This document shows positions 30,951 to 39,989 of a DNA stretch of 64,000 nucleotides, one piece after another. Source of the DNA: Candidatus Hydrogenedentota bacterium (GTDB lineage: Bacteria; Hydrogenedentota; Hydrogenedentia; Hydrogenedentales; SLHB01); NCBI GenBank assembly GCA_963745075.1, contig CAVUWV010000028.1, positions 128,001-192,000 of the forward strand, given 5' to 3'. The translations under genes and the position numbers were made by a program. The notes under the pieces were generated by a model. That model was given only the letters and a program-made list of their open reading frames with translations, did no database searches and was not told the origin of the DNA. How positions within the stretch are numbered: position 1 is the stretch's first letter; every line of letters starts with the position of its first letter.

Positions 30951-31448
30951 TTAAGAAGATCGTGCCTTGGATAAGGTCTCCTGAAGCGCGCCCGTTTTCA
31001 TCCGGATGCGCTCCAATACGCGAATCAACTGGCGGCAATCGCGCTCATCCAGTCCCTCTATCGCCTTGTGAATGTTCTCGCGATACAAGGGCTCGACCTC
31101 GTTCACGAGAGCGAGGCCCTTCTCCGTCAACACCACGTGATAGCTCCGCCGGTTGTTCGGCACATCGCGCCGCTCCACGAGTCTCTTACCTTCCAACTTA
31201 TCCAGCACCGAGGTAACGCTCGCCCGTGTCACGACCAAACGACGACCCAGATCAGTCTGGGTCACGTTGCGCGGGTTGTACTTCAACGAAAACAAGACGT
31301 TGAACTGCGCTTCCGTCAGGTCGAACTGGCGAAATAGCTGGTCGCCCGCGTTGGACAGGACACTGGCGGTCCGGATAATATTGAGGACCGTTTCGTGATT
31401 GACGTCGGAGAAGGGGGCTTCGAGATTCAATTCGCGATCGAGTGGCAT
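30951..31448 (-). CDS. MarR family transcriptional regulator
   Basis: DLTEAQFNVL, VTRASVTSVLDKLE and RRSYHVVLTEKG winged-helix motifs. Confidence 0.9.
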   Translation of the reverse strand: MPLDRELNLEAPFSDVNHETVLNIIRTASVLSNAGDQLFRQFDLTEAQFNVLFSLKYNPRNVTQTDLGRRLVVTRASVTSVLDKLEGKRLVERRDVPNNRRSYHVVLTEKGLALVNEVEPLYRENIHKAIEGLDERDCRQLIRVLERIRMKTGALQETLSKARSS

Positions 31449-31462
31449 TTGCTTTTCCTTCT

Positions 31463-31506
31463 GTTGACACCCAAATTGTATCGCATAAAATCGTTTGGCG
31501 TCAAAC
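31463..31506. promoter_or_regulatory. Two putative MarR operator palindromes
   Basis: GTTTGGCGTCAAAC (31493-31506, near-perfect palindrome) and related GTTGACACCCAAAT (31463-31476), just upstream of the marR start. Confidence 0.5.
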
Positions 31507-31832
31507 AAAATATTTCTTCCTTATGCCCCTTCTCACTCGTCCAATCTAAAGACTTACCTTCATTTATGTTACATCTTGACTGTAAACCCAAATGGCCGCG
31601 CTTCTTACTGAAATCGATTCCAACATAAATGATCCCACGAACGTGAACCCTGCGCGACGTAATGTGATGCATGGGGATGCCCCAACATTACCAATTGGTA
31701 AAGTTCCGGTCATGTAAGCGTCAGAACCATCATGTAAACTATTACCCGTTCTGGTGTTTGCGTCGCTTGGGCCGAGCTGATACGCGGACGAACCCATACC
31801 GACCGGATTTACGCTGAAGGAGAAAAAACGAA

Positions 31833-32612
31833 ATGTCCACCCAAACCGTTCTTAGATCGATCGCAATCCTAATCCTGGTGGTGGCGGGTGCGTTTATCGT
31901 CGCACCGTCCGCTCATGCGGTAGACCCCACTGAACTCGAGCCCGCCGAAGCCTTCGATCCAGGAGTGCTGACGCTGGAATTGGAAGGCGAGTACGACAAG
32001 TACAACGATTACGAGGCTGAAGCCGAAGCCAATCTCGAATATGCATTCTCCGACAAACTGGGGCTTCGCCTCCATGTGCCGGTGGAGTTCGAGGAGAACG
32101 AAGACACCGAGTTTGGAGACGTCGGTGTCCGGCTCAAGTACGTGTTTAATCCCGATGCCGGGACCGCTCCCATCGTTGCCCTTTCCGGTGAAGTCTTCGC
32201 GCCGACCGGTGATGACAGCAGCGGCATCGGCGGCGAGGTGATGTTCACGATCAGCAAGGCCTTGGGAGCGGAAGAGAAGAACAAACTTCATCTTATGCTC
32301 GTCGGAGATTACAACAACAACGACGATGACGAGCATGACCACTGGGGCGATGATGACGGCGAGCGCGACTTCTATTACGAGGCCGTCGTAGGCTACAGCT
32401 ACGACGTTTCGGATCAAACCACGTTGGTCGCGGACTTCGTTCGTAAGCAACTGGAAACCGATGGCGACAACGCGAACATCGTCGAAGTCGGCATCAAGCA
32501 CGACTTTAACGAAAGTTTTTCGGGTGCCTTGGGCGTTGGCGCCGGAATCGGAGAAGAGTCACCTGATTTCACGGTCAGAGGGGGCATCGAGTTCCGTTTC
32601 GGTCCTAAATAA
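31833..32612 (+). CDS. Putative outer-membrane beta-barrel protein
   Basis: Signal peptide, alternating beta-strand pattern, FGDVGVRLKY, APTG and C-terminal GIEFRF; AAGGAG RBS. Confidence 0.7.
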   Translation: MSTQTVLRSIAILILVVAGAFIVAPSAHAVDPTELEPAEAFDPGVLTLELEGEYDKYNDYEAEAEANLEYAFSDKLGLRLHVPVEFEENEDTEFGDVGVRLKYVFNPDAGTAPIVALSGEVFAPTGDDSSGIGGEVMFTISKALGAEEKNKLHLMLVGDYNNNDDDEHDHWGDDDGERDFYYEAVVGYSYDVSDQTTLVADFVRKQLETDGDNANIVEVGIKHDFNESFSGALGVGAGIGEESPDFTVRGGIEFRFGPK

Positions 32613-32646
32613 GATTCTCCTTTACTGACCTCTGCCATGTCCTGCC

Positions 32647-32686
32647 GAGCCCCGCATCCAACTCGATGCGGGGCTCAAATTTTTTC
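32647..32686 (+). terminator. Rho-independent terminator
   Basis: GAGCCCCGCATC-CAACTC-GATGCGGGGCTC followed by AAATTTTTT. Confidence 0.65.
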
Positions 32687-32796
32687 GGGTCTTCCCCGAC
32701 TCGTCTGCAACCAAACACGGCTCCGTGGTAGCATGAGGGCACGAACCGGCTCTACACTCTATTGATGGTTTCACCCCACCAGAAAGGACGCATCGC

Positions 32797-33693
32797 ATGC
32801 GACTGATACTATCCGGAGCTTCGGGTCTGCTGGGTCCAGCGCTCATGAAGTCCTTGGGCATGGCCGGCTATGACATCCGCCAACTGGTGCGTTCGGCTCC
32901 TGAGGGCGAAGGGCAAATCCAATGGAATCCCTATGCCGGTGTGATGGACGCTACTGCGCTGGATGGAGCCGACGCGCTCATCCATCTCTCGGGCGAGAAC
33001 ATTATGGGACTTCGCTGGACGGACGCGAAGAAGCGTGCGATCCGCGCCAGCCGGATCAAGACGACGGAGTTTTTGTGCAAGCGCCTTTGTGAAATGCCCC
33101 ATCCGCCGAAAACCTGGCTGTGCGCGTCGGCAATAGGATTCTACGGGAACCGCGGAAAGGACATCTGTGACGAAGACAGTCCCCCCGGCTCGGGTTTCTT
33201 CAGTGCCCTCTGCCAGGACTGGGAAGATGCCACCAAGCCCGCGCGAGAAAAGGGTATCCGCGTGGTGAATCTGCGCTTGGGCCTTGTCTTCAGCCCGGAT
33301 GGCGGCATGTTGCCTATGTTGATTAAGACGTTCCGTCTGGGTCTGGGTGGCGTCGTCGGACGCGGCGATCAATACATGAGTTGGGTCGCGATTCAGGACG
33401 TGCTTTCGGCCGTGCAGACGCTGCTCGAAGACGATAGTTTCCAGGGGCCCGTCAACATCGTTGCCCCCAATCCGGTCACCAACCGGGAATTCACGAAAAC
33501 GCTGGGACGGGTGGTGTCGCGACCAACCTTCATGCACGTTCCGGCATTTGCTCTGCGGCTGGCGGCAGGAGAGTTGGCGGACGAAGCCTTGCTCGCGAGT
33601 ACGCGGGTGTACCCCCGACGTCTGTTGGATGCCGGATTTGCGTTTTCAATGCAGGATCTTGAAGGCGCGCTTTCCGCAATGGTGGAAATGTAG
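32797..33693 (+). CDS. TIGR01777/YfcH-like NAD-dependent epimerase family protein
   Basis: SGASGLLG, RWTDAKKRAIRASR, SAIGFYG and GDQYMSWV motifs. Confidence 0.88.
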   Translation: MRLILSGASGLLGPALMKSLGMAGYDIRQLVRSAPEGEGQIQWNPYAGVMDATALDGADALIHLSGENIMGLRWTDAKKRAIRASRIKTTEFLCKRLCEMPHPPKTWLCASAIGFYGNRGKDICDEDSPPGSGFFSALCQDWEDATKPAREKGIRVVNLRLGLVFSPDGGMLPMLIKTFRLGLGGVVGRGDQYMSWVAIQDVLSAVQTLLEDDSFQGPVNIVAPNPVTNREFTKTLGRVVSRPTFMHVPAFALRLAAGELADEALLASTRVYPRRLLDAGFAFSMQDLEGALSAMVEM

Positions 33694-33750
33694 GGCACCC
33701 TCTATCGAGGGGGCACACCTACATGTTCAATGATTGGCGGGTGCCGACCG

Positions 33751-34317
33751 TTACGACCCGAAATCGTTCACGGCATGGGACATGATCAGCAGGTCGTGTG
33801 TGCTTCCGTCACGGGCCATGATCCAGTCACGCAACGTTGCCTCGGGCTGAAACCCCATGCGCTCGAACAGTGCGCGCACGCGCGGTTGATTGGCGGCGAT
33901 TTGCACGAAAATTCGGGAGAGCCCCATTTCTTTCCCGACGTGAAAGATTTCCCCGGCCAACCGCCGCCCCAACCCCTTGTGCCGTGCATCGGGCTCCACG
34001 AGTATGCGCAGTTCACCCAGATGCTTGGTCCACATCAATCCATTGTGATGCAGACTTCCGTAGCCGATGACCTTTCGGTTGTCCTTAACAAGGACCGTCA
34101 CGGTGAGATTCGCCTGAATGTTATAAATCCACTCGTCAACCACCTTCGGATTGGTGATGTCGTTTCGGAGATACATCAGGTCGGCGTTCGTTAACGTTCG
34201 GGCAAACTTCTGAACGACGGCCCGGTCTTCCGGGGTCATCAATCGGAATGTAACCTTGCGCCCGTCGATTGTTTCGGACCACGGGTAGGTTTGGTGGTTA
34301 GGCAGAGTTTGATTCAC
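33751..34317 (-). CDS. GNAT family N-acetyltransferase
   Basis: ARHKGLGRRL and LFERMGF; AAGGAGG RBS before GTG 34317. Confidence 0.85.
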   Translation of the reverse strand: MNQTLPNHQTYPWSETIDGRKVTFRLMTPEDRAVVQKFARTLTNADLMYLRNDITNPKVVDEWIYNIQANLTVTVLVKDNRKVIGYGSLHHNGLMWTKHLGELRILVEPDARHKGLGRRLAGEIFHVGKEMGLSRIFVQIAANQPRVRALFERMGFQPEATLRDWIMARDGSTHDLLIMSHAVNDFGS

Positions 34318-34411
34318 GACAGTTCCCTCCTTGTAAAACAACAGAAGCCCCCTTCCGACGGCGCACCTTTTCCGTCGGGAAGCATAGCCGTAACAACGCA
34401 GGGCAGGGTCC

Positions 34412-34798
34412 TTAGCTTACGACCGCTGCAGGACTCTGCGCCGCTTTACGGGCCGGGGCACGACGTTTCCGCGGTTTCCGCGCGGGCGCCGGTCTCTTGG
34501 CGGCGGGTTCCCCGACCCTGCGAAAGAAATCGCTGGTGAGATCGAGGCTGGTATCCACGGTCTTGCGGATATCGCGACGGCCGCGACGCACCACGTGAAT
34601 CCATGCGCCGACGACTTCCTTGCCCTCTTTCGGGATCCACTTGGCATCGTCGACCCGCCGTTGCACCGCCTTCTCCGACCGTTCCTGGACGGATTCCACG
34701 GTCTTGACGGCGCGGTCGAAGATACGCTTGTCCCATTCGATGACCCGCGCGACAACCATCGCCGCACGGTGCCGCAGGTGGAGCTTCTGCTTTTTCAT
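34412..34798 (-). CDS. Phasin-like helical protein with a basic Ala/Pro/Lys/Arg tail
   Basis: Amphipathic helices around WIPKEGKEVVGAW; C-terminal PAAKRPAPARKPRKRRAPARKAA. Confidence 0.5.
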   Translation of the reverse strand: MKKQKLHLRHRAAMVVARVIEWDKRIFDRAVKTVESVQERSEKAVQRRVDDAKWIPKEGKEVVGAWIHVVRRGRRDIRKTVDTSLDLTSDFFRRVGEPAAKRPAPARKPRKRRAPARKAAQSPAAVVS

Positions 34799-35183
34799 AC
34801 TAAAATCCCCCGGGGTTAAAACCTTTGGAGCCCCAAAGGATAGTCTATACCCAATTCGTGCACCGCGCAAGATGTCCGCGCTGCACGCTCGTCGGACAGG
34901 GCAAGATTGCGACACCACTCGGAACGGATAAGTCCATGGCAACCCATGTATTATCAAGATATTGGCTTACCCTCGCGAATCCCGCCGTTGGCAAGGGCCA
35001 ACATCGGTCGTCACCGTATTACGGTCAGCAAAACCCCGAAGTTCATTTGCGAACCGTTTGCCCTGTGCGCTATCATATCGGCTTGATACCAAGGCGTGAC
35101 TGTGGCCAGTCGTGTGTCCTGCATTCGGTCTACTATCCAGGACCAGCGGAGATTGGCCACTCAGAAAACAAGGGGAAATGGAC

Positions 35184-36284
35184 ATGGCGAAAGTCGATTT
35201 TGGCGGAGTCAAAGAGGATGTCATTACGCGCAAGGAATTCTCCTTGGCGAAGGCCCGCCGAGTGCTGAAGAATGAGACCATCGCGATTATCGGGTATGGT
35301 GTCCAAGGACCGGCCCAATCGCTCAACATGCGGGACAACGGGTTCAACGTGATCATTGGGCAGGCCAAGTCCTTCAAGCGCGATTGGGACCGTGCCGTCA
35401 AGGACGGGTGGAAGCCCGGCAAGACCCTGTTCGACATCGAAGAGGCCGTGCAGCGGGCCACGATCGTGCAGTACCTGGTGTCCGATGCCGCGCAAAAGGC
35501 ATTGTGGCCTGTCGTGAAGAAGAACTTAAACCCGGGCGACGCGCTGTACTTCTCGCACGGATTTTCCATCGTTTACGGCAATCAGACCAAAGTGATTCCG
35601 CCCAAGGATGTCGATGTAATCCTGGTTGCCCCGAAGGGGTCCGGGACCTCCGTGCGACGCAACTTCCTCTCCGGCGCCGGCATCAATTCGAGTTTTGCCG
35701 TCCACCAGGACGCCACCGGCCGGGCGCGGGAACGGGGCATTGCCATCGGCATCGGGATCGGGTCCGGGTATCTGTTCCCGACCACCTTCGAGCATGAGGT
35801 GTGGAGCGACCTCACGGGCGAACGCGGCGTGCTTATGGGCGCGCTGGCGGGCATCATGGAGGCCCAATACGACACCCTGCGCAAGCATGGGCACAGCCCC
35901 AGCGAGGCCTTTAATGAGACCGTCGAGGAACTCACGCAGAGCCTGATCCGGCTTGTGGACGAAAACGGCATGGACTGGATGTACGCGAACTGCTCGGCCA
36001 CGGCGCAACGCGGCGCCCTCGATTGGAAACCCAAGTTCAAGAAAGCGGTCATGCCGGTGTTCAAGGAACTTTATGAGCGCGTCAAGACCGGCAAAGAGAC
36101 GGCGCGCGTATTGAAATCCTGCGGGCAGAAGGATTACCAGAAGCAGTTGACCAAAGAGCTCGACGAAATCGGGAATAGCGAAATGTGGCGGGCCGGCGCC
36201 GCGACCCGTGCGTTGCGTCCCAAAGAGACGGCCAAAGAAATCACAAAATCCACCAAGGGCGTGGGCGGCCGGAAAGCGAACTAG
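35184..36284 (+). CDS. ilvC: Ketol-acid reductoisomerase
   Basis: IIGYGVQGPAQ, FSHGF, VAPKGSG, SDLTGERGVLMG and CSATAQRG. Confidence 0.95.
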   Translation: MAKVDFGGVKEDVITRKEFSLAKARRVLKNETIAIIGYGVQGPAQSLNMRDNGFNVIIGQAKSFKRDWDRAVKDGWKPGKTLFDIEEAVQRATIVQYLVSDAAQKALWPVVKKNLNPGDALYFSHGFSIVYGNQTKVIPPKDVDVILVAPKGSGTSVRRNFLSGAGINSSFAVHQDATGRARERGIAIGIGIGSGYLFPTTFEHEVWSDLTGERGVLMGALAGIMEAQYDTLRKHGHSPSEAFNETVEELTQSLIRLVDENGMDWMYANCSATAQRGALDWKPKFKKAVMPVFKELYERVKTGKETARVLKSCGQKDYQKQLTKELDEIGNSEMWRAGAATRALRPKETAKEITKSTKGVGGRKAN

Positions 36285-36326
36285 GCGGTCGCGCCCCGCA
36301 ACGGGCGGATAGCTATCACGAAGTAA

Positions 36327-36364
36327 GCAGGTCTCGAACATGGTACGAGACCTGCCTTTTTTTT
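36327..36364 (+). terminator. Rho-independent terminator after ilvC
   Basis: GCAGGTCTCG-loop-CGAGACCTGC followed by a T8 run. Confidence 0.8.
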
Positions 36365-36433
36365 GCCCTCGGCGGTGGCGCCGTGCAATACTGGCGGGTG
36401 TTTGCCAGCTACATCTATCGAGGGAACATCGCC

Positions 36434-37816
36434 ATGAAACGCAAAGCCGAAATTTCCCGCCGCCGGTTTCTGTCCACCACCGCCCGCATCGGGGCCGGCG
36501 CCGCGGTTGCGCCACTGATCCTCTCGGGGTACGCCTCCGGCGCGCCGGGGCCGAACGACCGGATTAACGTGGCGCATATTGGCGTGGGACGCCGGGCGCG
36601 GCAGCTCATGGACCTGCCCAAGGATGGCCAGACAGTCGCCTACGCGGACGTGAACATGAACCGGCTGAAGGAGATGAAGGAAAAGAATCCGGATGCCCGG
36701 ATCTTCCAGGATTACCGCGAGATGCTCCAGGAACCGGACATCGACGCGGTGATCATCGCCACGCCCGACCATTGGCACGCGTTGCATACCATCCACGCCT
36801 GCGAGGCAGGCAAGGACGTGTACATCGAGAAACCCATGTCCCTCACCGTCCACGAGGGGCGGGCCATGGTCGACGCGGCGCGCAAGAACGGCCGAATCGT
36901 ACAGTGCGGGTCGCAACAACGATCCATGGCGAAGTGCCGGTACGGTTGCGAACTCATTCGGAATGGCCGGATCGGCGCGATTCACACGATCCACGGGGCG
37001 AATTATCCGAGCCCCTGGGCCTGCGACCTCCCGGAGGAAGACCCGCCCGACTATATCGACTGGGATATGTGGTGCGGCCAGACCGAACCGCGCGGCTACT
37101 ACCCCAACTTGTATCTTCCGCGTGCAGAGGGGCGGACTTATCCCGACGGGCGGCCCTTGGGCTGGATCTCCTACACACCCTATTCCGGCGGGGAAATGAC
37201 CGGTTGGGGCGCCCACGGTCTCGATATTATTCAATGGGCGCTCGGGACGCAGCTAACCGGGCCGGTGGAAGTCTGGCCGGAACTCGACGGAGACTCGGGA
37301 CCGGTGTTTGTCTTCGGCAAAGAGTTGGATTCGTTTGACGATTGGCCGGAGGCGAAAATGCTGACTTGTCCGGTCAGCATGCGTTACGGAGATGGTGCGG
37401 TCGTCCACCTCGACGGCAAAGGTCCCGGTGGCGGAGCAATCTTTGAAGGAGATAGCGGCCGAATTATGGTCGACCGTGACCAGTACGAGGCCAAGCCCGA
37501 CATCGACGAGCCGAAGCTGACAGAGTCGCTGAGCGATACTGGACCCGGAGAGCACACGGATACCGACGGCTACGTACATCTGTACCGGAGCGCGGATCAC
37601 AAGCAGAACTGGTTCGATTGCATCCGTTCCCGTGAGTTACCCATCGCCGACGTGGAAATCGGCCATCGCTCGGGGACCATGTGCCATCTCGGCAACATCG
37701 CGCGCTGGACCGGGCGGAAGCTGCAATGGGATCCGAAGAAGGAGCAGTTTGTCGATGACGACGACGCGAACGGCTACCTGAAACGCCCCATGCGCGCGCC
37801 GTGGCAGATCGCATAG
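36434..37816 (+). CDS. Tat-signal Gfo/Idh/MocA oxidoreductase
   Basis: SRRRFL signal; IATPDHWH, GKDVYIEKP and WGAHGLD. Confidence 0.9.
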   Translation: MKRKAEISRRRFLSTTARIGAGAAVAPLILSGYASGAPGPNDRINVAHIGVGRRARQLMDLPKDGQTVAYADVNMNRLKEMKEKNPDARIFQDYREMLQEPDIDAVIIATPDHWHALHTIHACEAGKDVYIEKPMSLTVHEGRAMVDAARKNGRIVQCGSQQRSMAKCRYGCELIRNGRIGAIHTIHGANYPSPWACDLPEEDPPDYIDWDMWCGQTEPRGYYPNLYLPRAEGRTYPDGRPLGWISYTPYSGGEMTGWGAHGLDIIQWALGTQLTGPVEVWPELDGDSGPVFVFGKELDSFDDWPEAKMLTCPVSMRYGDGAVVHLDGKGPGGGAIFEGDSGRIMVDRDQYEAKPDIDEPKLTESLSDTGPGEHTDTDGYVHLYRSADHKQNWFDCIRSRELPIADVEIGHRSGTMCHLGNIARWTGRKLQWDPKKEQFVDDDDANGYLKRPMRAPWQIA

Positions 37817-37872
37817 GTCCCGCGCTACGCGAGACTCGTGCTACGCTTCGGAACAGCTACAGAAGAGAATTC

Positions 37873-38028
37873 ACATCCCCCTAGATCCCCCCTTCAAAGG
37901 GGGAATTGGTCGCAACGCTTCGTGTTGCGCATAGGGTCTGCCGGAAGTTTTAACGTTTGTCGTTCACCCGAACGCATGGCAGAAACGAGGGCGATGATCC
38001 CCCTTTGAAGGGGGATCAAGGGGGATGT
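37873..38028 (+). repeat. REPIN/MITE-like element, copy 1 (156 bp)
   Basis: ACATCCCCCTAGATCCCCCCTTCAAAGGGGGA...TCCCCCTTTGAAGGGGGATCAAGGGGGATGT. Confidence 0.85.
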
Positions 38029-38096
38029 TCTTCAACGCGGACCGCTACTCCCGGACGCGACGACGAAAATCACCTTTCGCCAGTCAACTCACTGAA

Positions 38097-38124
38097 GGGA
38101 TTCTTCGCTTCGTTCAGAATGACG
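38097..38124 (-). repeat. CGTC-tagged palindromic repeat (second subfamily)
   Basis: Reverse complement CGTCATTCTGAACGAAGCGAAGAATCCC. Confidence 0.6.
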
Positions 38125-38154
38125 CGGAAGTGAAGGCCCATTGCTCTGAGGTCA

Positions 38155-38253
38155 TCAGCCCTTTTTGCCGAAGATTCGCGTAAAACAATAGACGTTGAGC
38201 GCGAGAATGATGGCCCAGGTCACGCCCATGAAGATCCATGCGCCGGGGGTCAT
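38155..38253 (-). CDS. 32-aa single-TM protein coupled to the NSS transporter (MetS-like small subunit candidate)
   Basis: MTPGAWIFMGVTWAIILALNVYCFTRIFGKKG*; ATGA overlap with the transporter stop and GAGGAGG RBS. Not in ORF track. Confidence 0.75.
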   Translation of the reverse strand: MTPGAWIFMGVTWAIILALNVYCFTRIFGKKG

Positions 38254-39806
38254 GGCTGGTCCTCCTCATCAACGGTGTCAAACAGGTGGGGTCTTGTGCG
38301 CCACGCGTGCCAGATGCCGATACAGAGCAAGACGCCCCCGCCGATAATCATCCCGCGTGCCAACCAAAGGTAAGGATCGCCGCCAGCGTTCATGATTTTC
38401 GCGGGCAGCTCAAAGAACGAATACCACCCCAGAAGAACGATCACGTATACGGGCGTCACAACGAGCATGATCGGATAGAAAATGCGAGGCACTTGGAAGT
38501 CCGCCCCCTCGTGCATCTCTTTCCAACCCCGTTTCATGCCGAAAAACCACGCAAACACTACCGCTTCGATTGCGGCAAATACGACGAGAAGGTAGGTTCC
38601 CGCCCAGTAGTCCAACTCGTCGATGAATCCTTTATGCATGAACAGTATGACGGGCTGCATCAGAACGAAGATGATAACTCCGAGAACCGGAATGATTCGC
38701 CGGCGATCGATACCCAATTCATCCTGCAAGAAAAGTAGTAGTGGCGTGAACATGGCAACGCTCGACGTCAACCCTGCCAAGAACAGCAGAACAAACCACA
38801 TGGTCCCGAACACCTGCCCTCCCGGCAGTTGTTGGAAGATAACCGGCAAGCTGTAAAACCCGATGTCGAACGCCCCGCCGTTAGCAATTTCGCGGGCTAC
38901 CGTCGGCCCGAAGAAGATAACCGCCGCCGGCACCGCAATCGTGGCGCCCAGGATGACTTCGACAAATTCGTTCGTACTGGTGGCGGCCAAACCATTCAAG
39001 GTCACATCATCGTCACGGCTCAGGTAGCTGGCGTAGGTATGAATCATCCCGAATCCGAGGCTCAGCGTAAAGAAGATTTGCCCTGTCGCGTCAATCCAGA
39101 CGTTTGGATTCCGCAACACCGACCAGTCGACGACCCATACCGCGGCGAGCCCGTCCCCCACCGATCGTCCCTCGATGGGTGGCAAGGTCAATACGCGTAC
39201 GGCGAGGACCGCCCCCAACACCAGCAACGTTGGCATGGCATACTTGGCAACGATTTCAATACCCTTTTCGATACCACGTGAGAAGACGATCATGTTGAGT
39301 GCAAAGGTGATCAAAAAGAAGACATAGGCTTTAAGACCAAAGCTGAAGTGTACGGCATTGGTCGTCCCCAGATACGACCCGAACACGGTTTTCATACTCT
39401 CACGGGTGGTGTCGCCCCAATACTCGCCGGTCATGGTCATCCACGCGTAGCCCAGCGACCACGACTCGATGTAGACGTAATAGAGTCCAATCATCGCGGG
39501 CAGCAGCACGCCGAACACGCCGAGGTATTTGGACATGGGGTTCTTCCACAGGCGGTGGAACATGCCCGGCGTGCTGCCATGCCCGTAGCCGCCGCCGTGC
39601 CGTCCAATGGTCCATTCGATCCACATGAGGGGAATCCCGAGCAGCAATAGCGCCAGGAAGTACGGCACCATGAACGCCCCGCCGTAAGGCGCTTCCTTAC
39701 CCGGGAAACGAAGGAAGTTCCCCAGCCCGACCGCGTTCCCGGCCATCGCCATTATGAGACCGAACCGCGTGGCCCAGCGGTCGGTCTGAACGCTTTTCCC
39801 TGCCAT
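38250..39806 (-). CDS. Sodium-dependent transporter, NSS/SNF (LeuT-like) family
   Basis: GNAVGLGNFLRFP, QIFFTLSLGFG and FLAGLTSS. Confidence 0.93.
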   Translation of the reverse strand: MAGKSVQTDRWATRFGLIMAMAGNAVGLGNFLRFPGKEAPYGGAFMVPYFLALLLLGIPLMWIEWTIGRHGGGYGHGSTPGMFHRLWKNPMSKYLGVFGVLLPAMIGLYYVYIESWSLGYAWMTMTGEYWGDTTRESMKTVFGSYLGTTNAVHFSFGLKAYVFFLITFALNMIVFSRGIEKGIEIVAKYAMPTLLVLGAVLAVRVLTLPPIEGRSVGDGLAAVWVVDWSVLRNPNVWIDATGQIFFTLSLGFGMIHTYASYLSRDDDVTLNGLAATSTNEFVEVILGATIAVPAAVIFFGPTVAREIANGGAFDIGFYSLPVIFQQLPGGQVFGTMWFVLLFLAGLTSSVAMFTPLLLFLQDELGIDRRRIIPVLGVIIFVLMQPVILFMHKGFIDELDYWAGTYLLVVFAAIEAVVFAWFFGMKRGWKEMHEGADFQVPRIFYPIMLVVTPVYVIVLLGWYSFFELPAKIMNAGGDPYLWLARGMIIGGGVLLCIGIWHAWRTRPHLFDTVDEEDQP

Positions 39807-39989
39807 GAATCACCCTCTCTCAGACCTACACCCCAGTTCGCAGCATGGAAGTTTGTGGGAACTATAAAGGGTTACGCGCCGGGGCGTCAATGCCGGGAGG
39901 CTATGGGAACGAGTAATTGGAATCCGGTAAGGACACTGCTACCATTTACCTTTCACGGAGGGAACAATCGCATAGAAGGGGATATACGA

